From: an uncultured delta proteobacterium
GTDB taxonomy: Bacteria > Desulfobacterota > Desulfobacteria > Desulfobacterales > JAHEIW01
Assembly: GCA_963706575.1 (NCBI GenBank)
Contig: CAVPNL010000003.1
Coordinates: 480,001-544,000 of the forward strand
Direction: 5' to 3'
DNA length: 64,000 nucleotides
The notes below the pieces were generated by a model. It was given only the letters and a program-made list of their open reading frames with translations, was not told the origin of the DNA and made no database searches. This document shows, one piece after another, positions 9,743 through 20,297 of this stretch. Numbering within the stretch: position 1 is the stretch's first letter; every line of letters begins with the position of its first letter. Made by a program: the position numbers and the translations under genes.

Positions 9743-11395
9743 ACGTATTTTGACATCAATTAATTTACCGTTAAAGATCTCTATTGCATCCGCCACCAGT
9801 GGATGACTTAACGCTTTTTGCTTTAGAAGATGGTTATTTTGGGATTTTTTTTTTGGATGCTCATCGTCCGGCTCAGATGAGGACGTCAGCATAATGTCTT
9901 TTTCTTCTCCAAAATATGCCGCGCAAATCTTTTTTAAAGCCGTCTTATTTTTTTCACGCTGAAGCATATTCAAGGTAAATCCATTGTCGCTCACCTCAAT
10001 TTCAATATGATCGGGTGATACCTGCTTCAGGCGACATTTGGATAAACTCGCACCCAACGATGGATTTTTTTGAGAAATTATTTCATAAAGACGGCTCCAT
10101 TTGGCCTCCAAATCGCTCAACGTGTCATCCATTGCGGCCGGCTGTTCCGGTTTTGGGTCTGGATGTCCATCTTCCTTTTGCTGCCCCGATTCAAGCTGCG
10201 GCGGCTTTACATCCGGTTTCTGCTCTTCAAGTCCGCCACCCGGCGAGTTATGGATTTCCTGCCTTAACAGATCCAGTTTATCAATAAGCTCATCAATCGG
10301 CAACGCCGGTTTCATCTGATCCAGCCGAATAAAGGCCATTTCGAGTGCGAGTTTCGGATCAGAGGACAGCCGGATAGGTGCCTCTTCCCTAAAGAGTTGG
10401 TCAAAAATCTGGTTCAAAACAGCAAAGCGCACCTCACGGGTTTGTTCGGCCATCTGAGCAAGTTCATTATCCGGAAGATCTACCAGTTTACCGACATTCC
10501 GTCCCATTTTGACAATCAGCAGATTCCGCAAATGCTCAAGCAAATTCGCAAATAGCCTTTTCAAGTCATACCCACGATGGTAACAATCATCCAGCGCATC
10601 CAGCATGACCACAATATCTCCTCGCAGGATAGCACTGCAAAGATCGAACACATATTTTCGGTCAATTACGCCTAAGATTTCCAGGACCTGGTCATGGCTC
10701 ACCGAACCTTTAAAACACGATAGGACCTGATCGAGCAGGCTCAACGCATCCCGCATGCTGCCTGTGGCTTCTCGCCCAATCAGGACAAGGCTTTCTTGCG
10801 GTATCTTGAAATCTTCTTCCTGACAGATATAAGCCATATGCTCAATCATTGATTTCAGACTCAGGCGCCGAAAATCGTGTCTCTGGCAGCGGGATAGAAT
10901 CGTTATCGGAATCTTTTGCGGTTCTGTCGTCGCAAAAATGAACATAACATGGGACGGCGGCTCCTCAAGTGTTTTTAACAGGGCATTGAACGCCTGCATG
11001 CTGAGCATGTGGACTTCATCGATAATATAGATCTTGTACATACTGTGGGCGGGCATATACTTGATATGGTCGCGCAACTCCCTGACCTGGTCAACGCTGT
11101 TGTTGGAAGCACCATCGATTTCAAATACATCCACAGCATTGCCGGAGGTGATTTCCCTGCATGACCGGCATTTGTTGCAGGGTGCGGGTATCGGCCCCTC
11201 TTTGCAATTCATCGCTTTAGCCAGTATCCGGGCGACAGTGGTCTTTCCGGTTCCGCGTGGTCCGGCAAAGAGTACTGCATGGGCAACACGATTGGCGGAT
11301 ATCGCATTGGACAGGGTGCGGGTCACATGATCCTGCTCAATCACCCGGTCAAACGTCTGGGGGCGGTATTTGCGCGCAAGCACGAGATAGGACAT
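9740..11395 (-). CDS. dnaX: DNA polymerase III subunit gamma/tau
   Basis: LARKYRPQTF, GPRGTGKT, IDEVHML, ILSRCQ. Confidence 0.95.
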   Translation of the reverse strand: MSYLVLARKYRPQTFDRVIEQDHVTRTLSNAISANRVAHAVLFAGPRGTGKTTVARILAKAMNCKEGPIPAPCNKCRSCREITSGNAVDVFEIDGASNNSVDQVRELRDHIKYMPAHSMYKIYIIDEVHMLSMQAFNALLKTLEEPPSHVMFIFATTEPQKIPITILSRCQRHDFRRLSLKSMIEHMAYICQEEDFKIPQESLVLIGREATGSMRDALSLLDQVLSCFKGSVSHDQVLEILGVIDRKYVFDLCSAILRGDIVVMLDALDDCYHRGYDLKRLFANLLEHLRNLLIVKMGRNVGKLVDLPDNELAQMAEQTREVRFAVLNQIFDQLFREEAPIRLSSDPKLALEMAFIRLDQMKPALPIDELIDKLDLLRQEIHNSPGGGLEEQKPDVKPPQLESGQQKEDGHPDPKPEQPAAMDDTLSDLEAKWSRLYEIISQKNPSLGASLSKCRLKQVSPDHIEIEVSDNGFTLNMLQREKNKTALKKICAAYFGEEKDIMLTSSSEPDDEHPKKKSQNNHLLKQKALSHPLVADAIEIFNGKLIDVKIR

Positions 11396-11402
11396 AGCGA
11401 AG

Positions 11403-11600
11403 TGCCTAAAGTTTAGAATGCCTAAAATGCCTAAAATTAAAAACGGAAACCATCTGTAATTACCCGAATACGCTTAGCGTGAGATCGATTTTCCTTATTT
11501 TGTGCCTTGAAAATTCTTGCAGATGCTGTGGATGCCCTTTCCAATCGTCAAGATATTTTAACTTTAGGCATTTCCCATTTTAGGCATTTTAGGCATTTTT
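11403..11600. repeat. Palindromic short-period repeat (TGCCTAAA family)
   Basis: tgcctaaagtttagaatgcctaaaatgcctaaaatt ... actttaggcatttcccattttaggcattttaggcatttt. Confidence 0.7.
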
Positions 11601-11606
11601 CAAGAA

Positions 11607-11700
11607 TGGCGGAGAGAGAGGGATTCGAACCCTCGGTGCCGCTTTTGACAGCACACACGATTTCCAGTCGTGCTCCTTCAGCCAGCTCGGACATCTCTCC
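11607..11700 (-). tRNA. tRNA-Ser(GGA)
   Basis: Reverse complement GGAGAGATGTCCGAG...CACGA-CT-GGA-AA-TCGTG, long variable arm, GGTTCGAATCC, 3' GCCA. Confidence 0.95.
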
Positions 11701-11806
11701 TAAAAATCTTTGATCCTCAAAGCTTTTTAATTATTAAAAAAGGAATAAATCTATTTTGGCCGCAGCGTTAGCTGCGGCACCACATAAAATTACGCAGTAA
11801 TTTTAT

Positions 11807-11898
11807 TGGCGGAAGGGGTGAGATTCGAACTCACGGAGAGCCAAAAGACCCTCAACGGCTTTCGAGGCCGCCGCCTTCAACCGCTCGGCCACCCTTCC
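11807..11898 (-). tRNA. tRNA-Ser(CGA)
   Basis: Reverse complement GGAAGGGTGGCCGAGCGG...GCGGC-CT-CGA-AA-GCCGT, long variable arm, GTTCGAATC, 3' GCCA. Confidence 0.93.
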
Positions 11899-11963
11899 GG
11901 CAAGCTGATTTATCAGGAAATGCGGTAATGGGTAGTACTCAATAACCTCTTTAAAACACACTG

Positions 11964-12674
11964 TCAAGGTGTGAACATGGCCTGGACTTCTTTGGAATAT
12001 TCCCCGCTCGCATCATAGATGATCAACGGAGGGCCGAGCCGGATGCCGGGCCGCGCACCCTTGACCCCGTCGACTAAAATGAGTTTGGCTTCCGTGTCCA
12101 GCTGCGAATGAATCGACCGCATAAATTTGGGTTCAATGCCCTCCAGACGCATTTGGCAAAGCAATTCGACGATACGCTCCGCTGTATAAACGGTAACAAA
12201 TCGCCCGGCGGTCTGCAGCATTCGCCGGACGGTCTGCAGCACATCGGCTAAACTTACTTTTAATTCATGCCGGGCGATTGCCCGCTGCGCATCCGGATTT
12301 AACCTGCCGGAATTGGGTTTGCGGTAAGGAGGGTTGCAAACGACCAGGTCCACCGGTCCGCCGATCATATCCGGTTTCAAGTCACGCATATCCTGTCGAA
12401 GCACCGTAATTCGATTCTGCATGTAGTTCGCAGTTACATTTGAAATTGCCAACTCGGCTAAGTCCTGCTGGATTTCAATGCCGAATACGACGATGTCCGG
12501 GTTGCGGTATGTCAAAATTAACGGAATGATGCCGCAGCCGGTCCCTAAATCGAGCACCCTTTCATCCGCTCGCGGCCTGGCATGCCAGGCCAATAAGACC
12601 GCGTCGAGAGAAAAGCGGTATCCCGACGCCTCCTGTTTTATATGGAGTTTGCCGTCAAAGAATGCATCGGTCAT
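11964..12674 (-). CDS. tRNA1(Val) adenine(37)-N6 methyltransferase-like (YfiC family)
   Basis: GYRFSLDAVLL, VLDLGTGCG, NPPY, ARHE. Confidence 0.85.
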   Translation of the reverse strand: MTDAFFDGKLHIKQEASGYRFSLDAVLLAWHARPRADERVLDLGTGCGIIPLILTYRNPDIVVFGIEIQQDLAELAISNVTANYMQNRITVLRQDMRDLKPDMIGGPVDLVVCNPPYRKPNSGRLNPDAQRAIARHELKVSLADVLQTVRRMLQTAGRFVTVYTAERIVELLCQMRLEGIEPKFMRSIHSQLDTEAKLILVDGVKGARPGIRLGPPLIIYDASGEYSKEVQAMFTP

Positions 12675-12991
12675 CTGTTTAAGGGTCCAATCTTAAATTT
12701 TAACTCCTCTATCAGCGGTTTCCCGAGAGCCGCGTTTAATTTGGTGATCATATCATTTTTTAAAAATTGCAGCTGGTGAATCCAGGTCGAACTGCTGACA
12801 TGCACAACGAGACGTTTACCCTTAAAAGCGGCCGGGCGGGCATTTTGGGCAATGGTTTCCCCCACAGCCTCATCCCACAGACGCCATACTTCTTTGAGCT
12901 CAAAGTCAGGTTTGGACCGATACGGCGCTAAAACATCATCAAGAATGTTTCGAATATGAATGAAATCTGATCGTTTGTCCGCGTTTTTCAT
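12671..12991 (-). CDS. dciA: DUF721/DciA helicase-loading protein
   Basis: WDEAVGETIAQNARP...LVVHVSSSTWIHQLQFLK...IEELKF; start set at ATG 12991. Confidence 0.8.
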   Translation of the reverse strand: MKNADKRSDFIHIRNILDDVLAPYRSKPDFELKEVWRLWDEAVGETIAQNARPAAFKGKRLVVHVSSSTWIHQLQFLKNDMITKLNAALGKPLIEELKFKIGPLNR

Positions 12992-13101
12992 ATGCCTAAG
13001 ACTATAGCAGAATTTTTCCAATTCTTGAACCGCAAACAAATAGATGCAGTGGATTCAAATGGGTGCAATCGCCCTCCACCAGCACCCTAGCCTGCTTTTA
13101 C

Positions 13102-13489
13102 CATGAACCCATTTTAAAAATGTCTTTTGGCCCCATATCTTTGTTGGTGCCTCGTTTCAAATCCTCGACATACAACAGTCTGCCTCCGGTTTGCGACCCA
13201 CAAAGCGTATATGATCAGACGGGGAATCCCGCAACGCGGGACGACCCACAACGTGTATATGACCAGACGGGGAATCCCGCAACGCGGGACGACCCACAAC
13301 GTGTATATGACCAGACGGGGAATCCCGCAACGCGGGACGACCCACAACGTGTATATGACCAGACGGGGAATCCCGCAACGCGGGACGACCCACAAGCAGT
13401 ATAAGATCAGACAGGGAATCCAGCAACGCTGGAAAACTCGGCCCCGCCGCGATCTTAAACCAAAATCCTATTTTTAAAATGGGTTCATG
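13102..13489. mobile_element. Palindromic element with perfect 20-bp terminal inverted repeats and a nested tandem array
   Basis: catgaacccattttaaaaat (13102-13121) / atttttaaaatgggttcatg (13470-13489); core aatcctcgacatac...tgcctccggt is related to the element at 60944-61089. Confidence 0.8.
13195..13434. repeat. Five tandem 48-bp units, each with a 6-bp hairpin
   Basis: Units start at 13195, 13243, 13291, 13339, 13387; units 2-4 identical (gacccacaacgtgtatatgaccagacggggaatcccgcaacgcgggac). Confidence 0.95.
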
Positions 13490-13686
13490 TTGATGCAGAT
13501 AGAGCGTTTGCTTAAACATATGAGGAAGTTGTCTTCATCTTTGTTATTCTGCTAGATTTGCTTTTTGCTTGACTTGGCGGATCGGGTAACTTATTTTACT
13601 AAGGAATTCTTATGATTTGCCAATAAATTGCCATTTCAATTTAAGGCTCGATGTATTTAACACCTTTAACGTAAAGGACTTCGAAT

Positions 13687-14736
13687 ATGAGTTGGGATTG
13701 GGAAAAGCTAAAACAGCAACAGCATGGCAAAGGCGGGGTTCCGCCGCAAATGGACGAATTTGTCGATAGGCTCAAAAAATTCAAACTCCCGGGCGGCCCT
13801 TTGTTTATTGCCGCAATTTTAGTGGTGGCCCTGGCAGCCACATCCGTATTTACGGTTAAGCAAAATGAAGTCGGCGTGGTTCAATTATTTGGCCGATATG
13901 TGCGCACGACCGAGCCGGGTCTAAATTTCAAGCTGCCCCTGGGCATCGAAAAAGTTACCAAAGTCAACGTCCGTGAAATCCAGACAGCTGAGTTCGGTTT
14001 CAGCACCGCCCAGGTTAACCTCAGATCCCGGGCCAGATCCGGCGGTGACAATCAAAACGAATCCCTCATGCTGACCGGAGACTTAAACGTGGCGATCGTG
14101 CCCTGGATTGTGCAATATCGGGTCAAGAACCCCTTTGATTTCCTGTTTAAAGTTCGAGACGTCCGCCGCCTGCTGCGCGATATGTCCGAAGCCTCGATGC
14201 GGCTGGTGGTCGGTGACCGCAGTATTAATGAAGTCATCAGCAAACGGGATGAAATTGCGGTAGAGGCCAAAGGTCTTTTGCAAAGCGAATTGGACGGGGC
14301 TGATACCGGAATCCATATTGTTACCATCGAGATGAAAAAGACCAACGTGCCCCCCCCGGTGCAGCCTTCGTTCAATGAGGTGAACCAGGCTGTTCAGGAA
14401 AAGGAACAGATGATTTATCAGGCCAAAGAGGGCTACAATAAAGCCATCCCGGCCGCCCGCGGTGAAGCCGAGAGAACGATTCGGGCGGCCGAAGGGTATG
14501 CCTTAAACCGGGTGAACCGCGCCAAGGGTAATGCCGCCAGGTTCGTGGCCCTCTACAATGAATATATTAATGCCAAAGATATTACCAAACGGCGACTTTA
14601 TCTTGAAACCATTAAACAAACGTTTCCCAATCTGGGACCCAAATATATCATCGACTCCGACCAGAAAAATCTGTTGCCGTTGCTCAACCTGGGGCAATCG
14701 GTTAACCTCGGACAACAAAGCAGTGGTGAAAAATGA
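13687..14736 (+). CDS. hflK: FtsH modulator HflK
   Basis: SPFH domain, MLTGDLN, AEGYALNRVNRAKG, RRLYLET; precedes hflC. Confidence 0.93.
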   Translation: MSWDWEKLKQQQHGKGGVPPQMDEFVDRLKKFKLPGGPLFIAAILVVALAATSVFTVKQNEVGVVQLFGRYVRTTEPGLNFKLPLGIEKVTKVNVREIQTAEFGFSTAQVNLRSRARSGGDNQNESLMLTGDLNVAIVPWIVQYRVKNPFDFLFKVRDVRRLLRDMSEASMRLVVGDRSINEVISKRDEIAVEAKGLLQSELDGADTGIHIVTIEMKKTNVPPPVQPSFNEVNQAVQEKEQMIYQAKEGYNKAIPAARGEAERTIRAAEGYALNRVNRAKGNAARFVALYNEYINAKDITKRRLYLETIKQTFPNLGPKYIIDSDQKNLLPLLNLGQSVNLGQQSSGEK

Positions 14737-15674
14737 AAAATAAAAGCATCTTTCTGATTCCCCTGGCCATTGTCGCCGTTGTCATTTACGGCGCCGCTTA
14801 CTCGGTTGACGAAACCGAACAGGTGGTTATCACCCAGTTTGGCCGCATTGTGGGCGAGCCCAAAAGAGATCCGGGTCTAAAATTTAAAATCCCTTTTATC
14901 CAGAAAGCCAATTATTTCAATAAAAACTTGCTGGAGTGGGATGGCGACCCCGGACAGGTCCCCACCCTGGACAAGACCTTTATCTGGGTCGATACCTTTG
15001 CCAGATGGAAAATTGTGGATCCGATTAAATTTTTCCAGACCGTAAACAACCGATTTAATGCGGTGGGTAAACTCAATGACATTATCGACCCGGCGGTTAG
15101 AAACTTCATTACCTCCCACCACCTGATTGAGGCGGTGCGCAAATCCAACCGTGAAATGGACACCGCGGAGGCCGGTTTAGAAGAATCGAGCCGCAAAACC
15201 CGGGTTATCTATAACATCGCTATCGGTCGCCAAAAAATTACCCAGGGCATCCTGGAACAGGCCCAACCGAAACTGACCCCTTTTGGCATCGAACTGGTCG
15301 ATGTAAAAATTAAGCGTATCAACTACGTGGAAGAGGTCAAAAAGTCCGTGTACGGGCGCATGATTGCCGAGCGAAACCAGATTGCGGAGAAATTTCGTTC
15401 CGAGGGCAAGGGCGAAGCCCAAAAGATTTTAGGTGAAAAGGAAAGGGATTTGCAGGAGATTGAATCCGAAGCCTTTAAGAGAGCTGAGAAAATTAAAGGC
15501 AGTGCCGACGCCGAGGCAACCATCATTTACGCTGAAGCATACGGCAAGGACCCTGAATTTTACTCTTTTGTTCAAACGCTGGAGATTTACCGCGAGGCAT
15601 TGGATAAAAATAGTTCGCTCATTCTTTCAACCGATTCGGAATTCTTAAAATATCTCAAAGGGCCTCCAAAATAA
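14733..15674 (+). CDS. hflC: FtsH modulator HflC
   Basis: TQFGRIV, GIELVDVKIKRI, RMIAER, YGKDPEFYSF. Confidence 0.93.
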   Translation: MKNKSIFLIPLAIVAVVIYGAAYSVDETEQVVITQFGRIVGEPKRDPGLKFKIPFIQKANYFNKNLLEWDGDPGQVPTLDKTFIWVDTFARWKIVDPIKFFQTVNNRFNAVGKLNDIIDPAVRNFITSHHLIEAVRKSNREMDTAEAGLEESSRKTRVIYNIAIGRQKITQGILEQAQPKLTPFGIELVDVKIKRINYVEEVKKSVYGRMIAERNQIAEKFRSEGKGEAQKILGEKERDLQEIESEAFKRAEKIKGSADAEATIIYAEAYGKDPEFYSFVQTLEIYREALDKNSSLILSTDSEFLKYLKGPPK

Positions 15675-15688
15675 GCGAATAATCGCAT

Positions 15689-15724
15689 AAAAAGAGCACC
15701 GTTTTTTTAAACGGTGCTCTTTTA
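15689..15724. terminator. Bidirectional intrinsic terminator
   Basis: aaaaagagcaccgttt-tttt-aaacggtgctcttt between convergent hflC and the small bS22-type gene. Confidence 0.8.
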
Positions 15725-15753
15725 AGCCGTTACAGAAAAAACTTCCGGGATCA

Positions 15754-15852
15754 TTATTTGCCCTTCCTTCTTTGGTGGCGCGTCTTGGCCAAAAGTTTTC
15801 TGTGTTTATGTTTTCTCATTTTCTTTCTGCGCTTTTTTACGACACTACCCAA
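15754..15852 (-). CDS. AURKAIP1/COX24-domain small basic protein (bS22/mS38-like), 32 aa
   Basis: Manual translation from TTG: MGSVVKKRRKKMRKHKHRKLLAKTRHQRRKGK*; purine-rich RBS upstream; below the ORF-track cutoff. Confidence 0.88.
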   Translation of the reverse strand: MGSVVKKRRKKMRKHKHRKLLAKTRHQRRKGK

Positions 15853-16104
15853 TGGCTCACCCCCTTCGAAATGTTTTTTTAAGCGATAAAACAATAAAAG
15901 CATTTCATAACATATCCGTATGTTTGATGTCTACATTTATTTTTAGAATTGGAAAACCGGGCCGGCATATGCTATAGTATTAAATCAACAGTGAAGCCTG
16001 ACGAAAAAGCGGTATTTTTTTCGTCATATTTTCGCCCATAAAGAAACAAAAAAGATGGCCTTTTCGTTGGCCGTTTTTATATTTAATTCGGAGACAGAGT
16101 CGAT

Positions 16105-16608
16105 ATGGACAGCGGCGTCATCGTAACCAGTATGGGAATCGGGGCGGCTATATTCGCCGGTCTGATTATATTCTGGTTTTTTCATACATTTATCAAACGC
16201 AAGCTGGGGGCTGAGAAATCGGTTCAATTGCCGAACAGCGCTCAAAAATTTAACGGGGAAGAAATGCGCCGGCACCCCAGAATGGAGGTCGCCTGGCCGG
16301 CGGCATTGGAAATACGTCACGGGTCGATCAAGGTCCGGTTGAAAGATATCAGCCTGGGGGGGGCATTTGTTATCTGCCAGGAGCCGATAGCACTAAATGA
16401 AAAATTTCGGCTCTATGTAGAGGCGCCCGATGAGGAAACGTTTGCACTAAACGCTGAAATGGTTTGGTCAAATATGAATGTGCCGGAAGAAAAAGTCATC
16501 CATCGGGGGATGGGAATCCGATTCGTCCAAAACACAGATGCAGCACGCAAACGCCTTGAAAAAGCCATTTCCCGCCACTTACGGGAAGCCAAGCTCACCG
16601 CTGTTTGA
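16105..16608 (+). CDS. Membrane-anchored PilZ-domain protein
   Basis: N-terminal TM helix; RRHPR and DISLGG c-di-GMP-binding motifs; GMGIRF. Confidence 0.85.
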   Translation: MDSGVIVTSMGIGAAIFAGLIIFWFFHTFIKRKLGAEKSVQLPNSAQKFNGEEMRRHPRMEVAWPAALEIRHGSIKVRLKDISLGGAFVICQEPIALNEKFRLYVEAPDEETFALNAEMVWSNMNVPEEKVIHRGMGIRFVQNTDAARKRLEKAISRHLREAKLTAV

Positions 16609-16736
16609 AACCCGGATCACCGCGCTAGTCCATAGACCCTATCAATTTTGCCCTCAAGACCGACGATCGATTTCTGACAATCGCAATCAGTTGACCATCT
16701 GAACGCAGTTAAATCCAATATGACTGAATTAAAAAT

Positions 16737-17276
16737 ATGCAGGACCTGAAAACATTCTCAAAAGATGAGATTGTCACCGTCAATAATGCCGTGTCGATGG
16801 CTGAAGAACTCGTCAGCAATCACTACAAAATGTCTGCCAGCGAATGGCTGCGGCCCAAATATGATGTCAAAACCCTGGTCGATCTTGCTCCCGGGGAAAT
16901 TGTGGCCGGTCCGTTTGCACAGATTGTTCGTTATGAAGGCCAGCTCAAGAATACGCCCTTGGGCTCCGGCGCTTTCGACTACTATAAAATATGCCTTCAG
17001 GACCACGCGATTCATTCCACGCTGAAAAAAATGGCGGATATGAAGCTTTTTCCATTTTGTCTCTATATCATTACACACGAATTGATCCACATCGTGCGCT
17101 TCAGCAAATTTCTGCAGCGCTTTGATGCCAGTCCCAGCGAAAAATTGTCTGAAGAAAAACGCGTCCATGAAAGTACCCATCAGATTTTACATCCGGTTCA
17201 GGTTTCAGGAATGGTGGCGGTGCTTGATTTTTATAACAAATGGCGGCAACCCCTTGAAGGCATGCGCAATAGCTGA
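16737..17276 (+). CDS. Hypothetical protein with HEXXH motif (putative zincin-like metalloprotein)
   Basis: IITHELIHIVRF followed by EE; function not recognised. Confidence 0.65.
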   Translation: MQDLKTFSKDEIVTVNNAVSMAEELVSNHYKMSASEWLRPKYDVKTLVDLAPGEIVAGPFAQIVRYEGQLKNTPLGSGAFDYYKICLQDHAIHSTLKKMADMKLFPFCLYIITHELIHIVRFSKFLQRFDASPSEKLSEEKRVHESTHQILHPVQVSGMVAVLDFYNKWRQPLEGMRNS

Positions 17277-17318
17277 TGGCAAATGCGCGTAATTCACATT
17301 GAAAATCGATTCAGCCTA

Positions 17319-17348
17319 TTGACTTTACGACGAACACGCCTCTATAAT
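17319..17348 (+). promoter_or_regulatory. Sigma70-type promoter candidate
   Basis: TTGACT-18 nt-TATAAT upstream of a family A element and the FmdB-family gene. Confidence 0.55.
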
Positions 17349-17359
17349 TAAGGAACTAA

Positions 17360-17522
17360 TAGAAGTGGTTTCAAAACCTCAGATCAGGTTCAAGAGAACA
17401 CGCGCAAGGCGTCCCGCGAATCGAAATGCGCGTGTCCGAGCGTACACGAAGTACGTGAGTATTTCAACTCGGGCGGGACAACGCAGCCATTGGGCCTTAG
17501 ATGGGGTTTTGAAACCACTTCT
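17360..17522. mobile_element. MITE-like palindromic element family A, variant interior
   Basis: tagaagtggtttcaaaacctcagatcagg ... ttagatggggttttgaaaccacttct. Confidence 0.85.
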
Positions 17523-17542
17523 GACGATGGAGGTTGCGGGTA

Positions 17543-17839
17543 ATGCCGATATACGAATACGAGTGTACAAAATGCGGTAAGATCGAGGAAATTTTTCAGA
17601 AATTTTCGGATAAGCCGCTGGTTAAATGCAAGCATTGTTCTGGCAAGCTTCATAAGCTTATTTCTCACAGCAGCTTCCATCTGAAGGGTACCGGTTGGTA
17701 CGTCACCGATTACGCCACTAAGTCAAAGCCCAACAGCGCTGCTCCCAAGAAATCGGATCAATCGAAAACATCCGACAGCCCAAAATCATCCACCAAAGAG
17801 AAGGCCACCAAAACTGCCTCTGACAGCTCCGCTTCATAG
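17543..17839 (+). CDS. FmdB-family zinc-ribbon protein
   Basis: MPIYEYECTKCG...CKHCSG...FHLKGTGWYVTDY; RBS ggagg at 17529. Confidence 0.9.
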   Translation: MPIYEYECTKCGKIEEIFQKFSDKPLVKCKHCSGKLHKLISHSSFHLKGTGWYVTDYATKSKPNSAAPKKSDQSKTSDSPKSSTKEKATKTASDSSAS

Positions 17840-18128
17840 TCGACATCGGATCGATCCAGAGCTATTTTTTTCGAAAAATTTTTTAAAAAAACCAAAATAA
17901 TTAAGCCCCTACCTCTTTACAAACAAAAAAGGGTGATTATTATTTCAGCACAATTCAACACAACCTGTTCAAATCCTTTATAAATATGTTTCAATTTTAA
18001 CTACGAGATTCGCTGGAAAGGAGGTGAAATTTTAACCCCGGAACAGACTAGGGAGCGTGCATTATTCGTATAACAATTTCAACACTTCGATATATATTTG
18101 ATACTATTCGAAAAGGAGAGCAAAAACG

Positions 18129-18416
18129 ATGAAACTCAGACCATTGCAAGATCGAATTTTAGTGCAACGCGTAGCAGAAGAGGAAAAAACCAAAGGGGGT
18201 ATCATTATACCGGATACCGCTAAAGAAAAGCCGGCCGAAGGCAAGGTTACTGCTGTGGGAAAGGGCAAGGTTGATGAAAACGGTAAACCCATCCCCATGG
18301 AGGTCAAAAAGGGCGATCGAATTCTATTTGGCAAATACTCCGGCACCGAGATTAAAATCGAAGGTGAAGAATATTTAATTATGCGTGAGGACGACGTACT
18401 CGGCATTATTGGTTAA
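18129..18416 (+). CDS. groES: Co-chaperonin GroES
   Basis: [29 protein letters not shown]. Confidence 0.97.
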   Translation: MKLRPLQDRILVQRVAEEEKTKGGIIIPDTAKEKPAEGKVTAVGKGKVDENGKPIPMEVKKGDRILFGKYSGTEIKIEGEEYLIMREDDVLGIIG

Positions 18417-18448
18417 AAAATAAAATTTCAGCAAATGATGGAGGTTAA

Positions 18449-20107
<1,659 letters not shown>

Positions 20108-20143
20108 GCACCTATTCGCCGATTCACCTGCAAAATAATCTGC

Positions 20144-20188
20144 AAAAAGCCCTCATGACATTTTTTTATGCCATGAGGGCTTTTTTTT
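20144..20188 (+). terminator. Intrinsic terminator after groEL
   Basis: aaaaagccctcatg ... catgagggctttttttt. Confidence 0.85.
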
Positions 20189-20221
20189 GCCGCCGATCAA
20201 CAACTGGCAGGATTGCAAAAC

Positions 20222-20250
20222 TTGACAAATCAGCCATAAACAGGTAATCT
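20222..20250 (+). promoter_or_regulatory. Sigma70-type promoter candidate for the LysM gene
   Basis: TTGACA-17 nt-TAATCT. Confidence 0.6.
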
Positions 20251-20297
20251 TATTGTAAATAAATTTCTTTTTGATATTACTGCAAACTTAAAACGAA

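Noticed and set aside
11396..11606. SRP RNA (ffs), often found upstream of dnaX
   Set aside because: No SRP domain IV motif seen; the spacer holds TGCCTAAA repeats
13195..13434. CRISPR array
   Set aside because: Units are contiguous 48-mers with no unique spacers, and there are no cas genes in the window
13063..13519. Repeat-protein ORFs in four frames
   Set aside because: Open frames follow from a 48-nt unit (multiple of 3); no RBS or family resemblance
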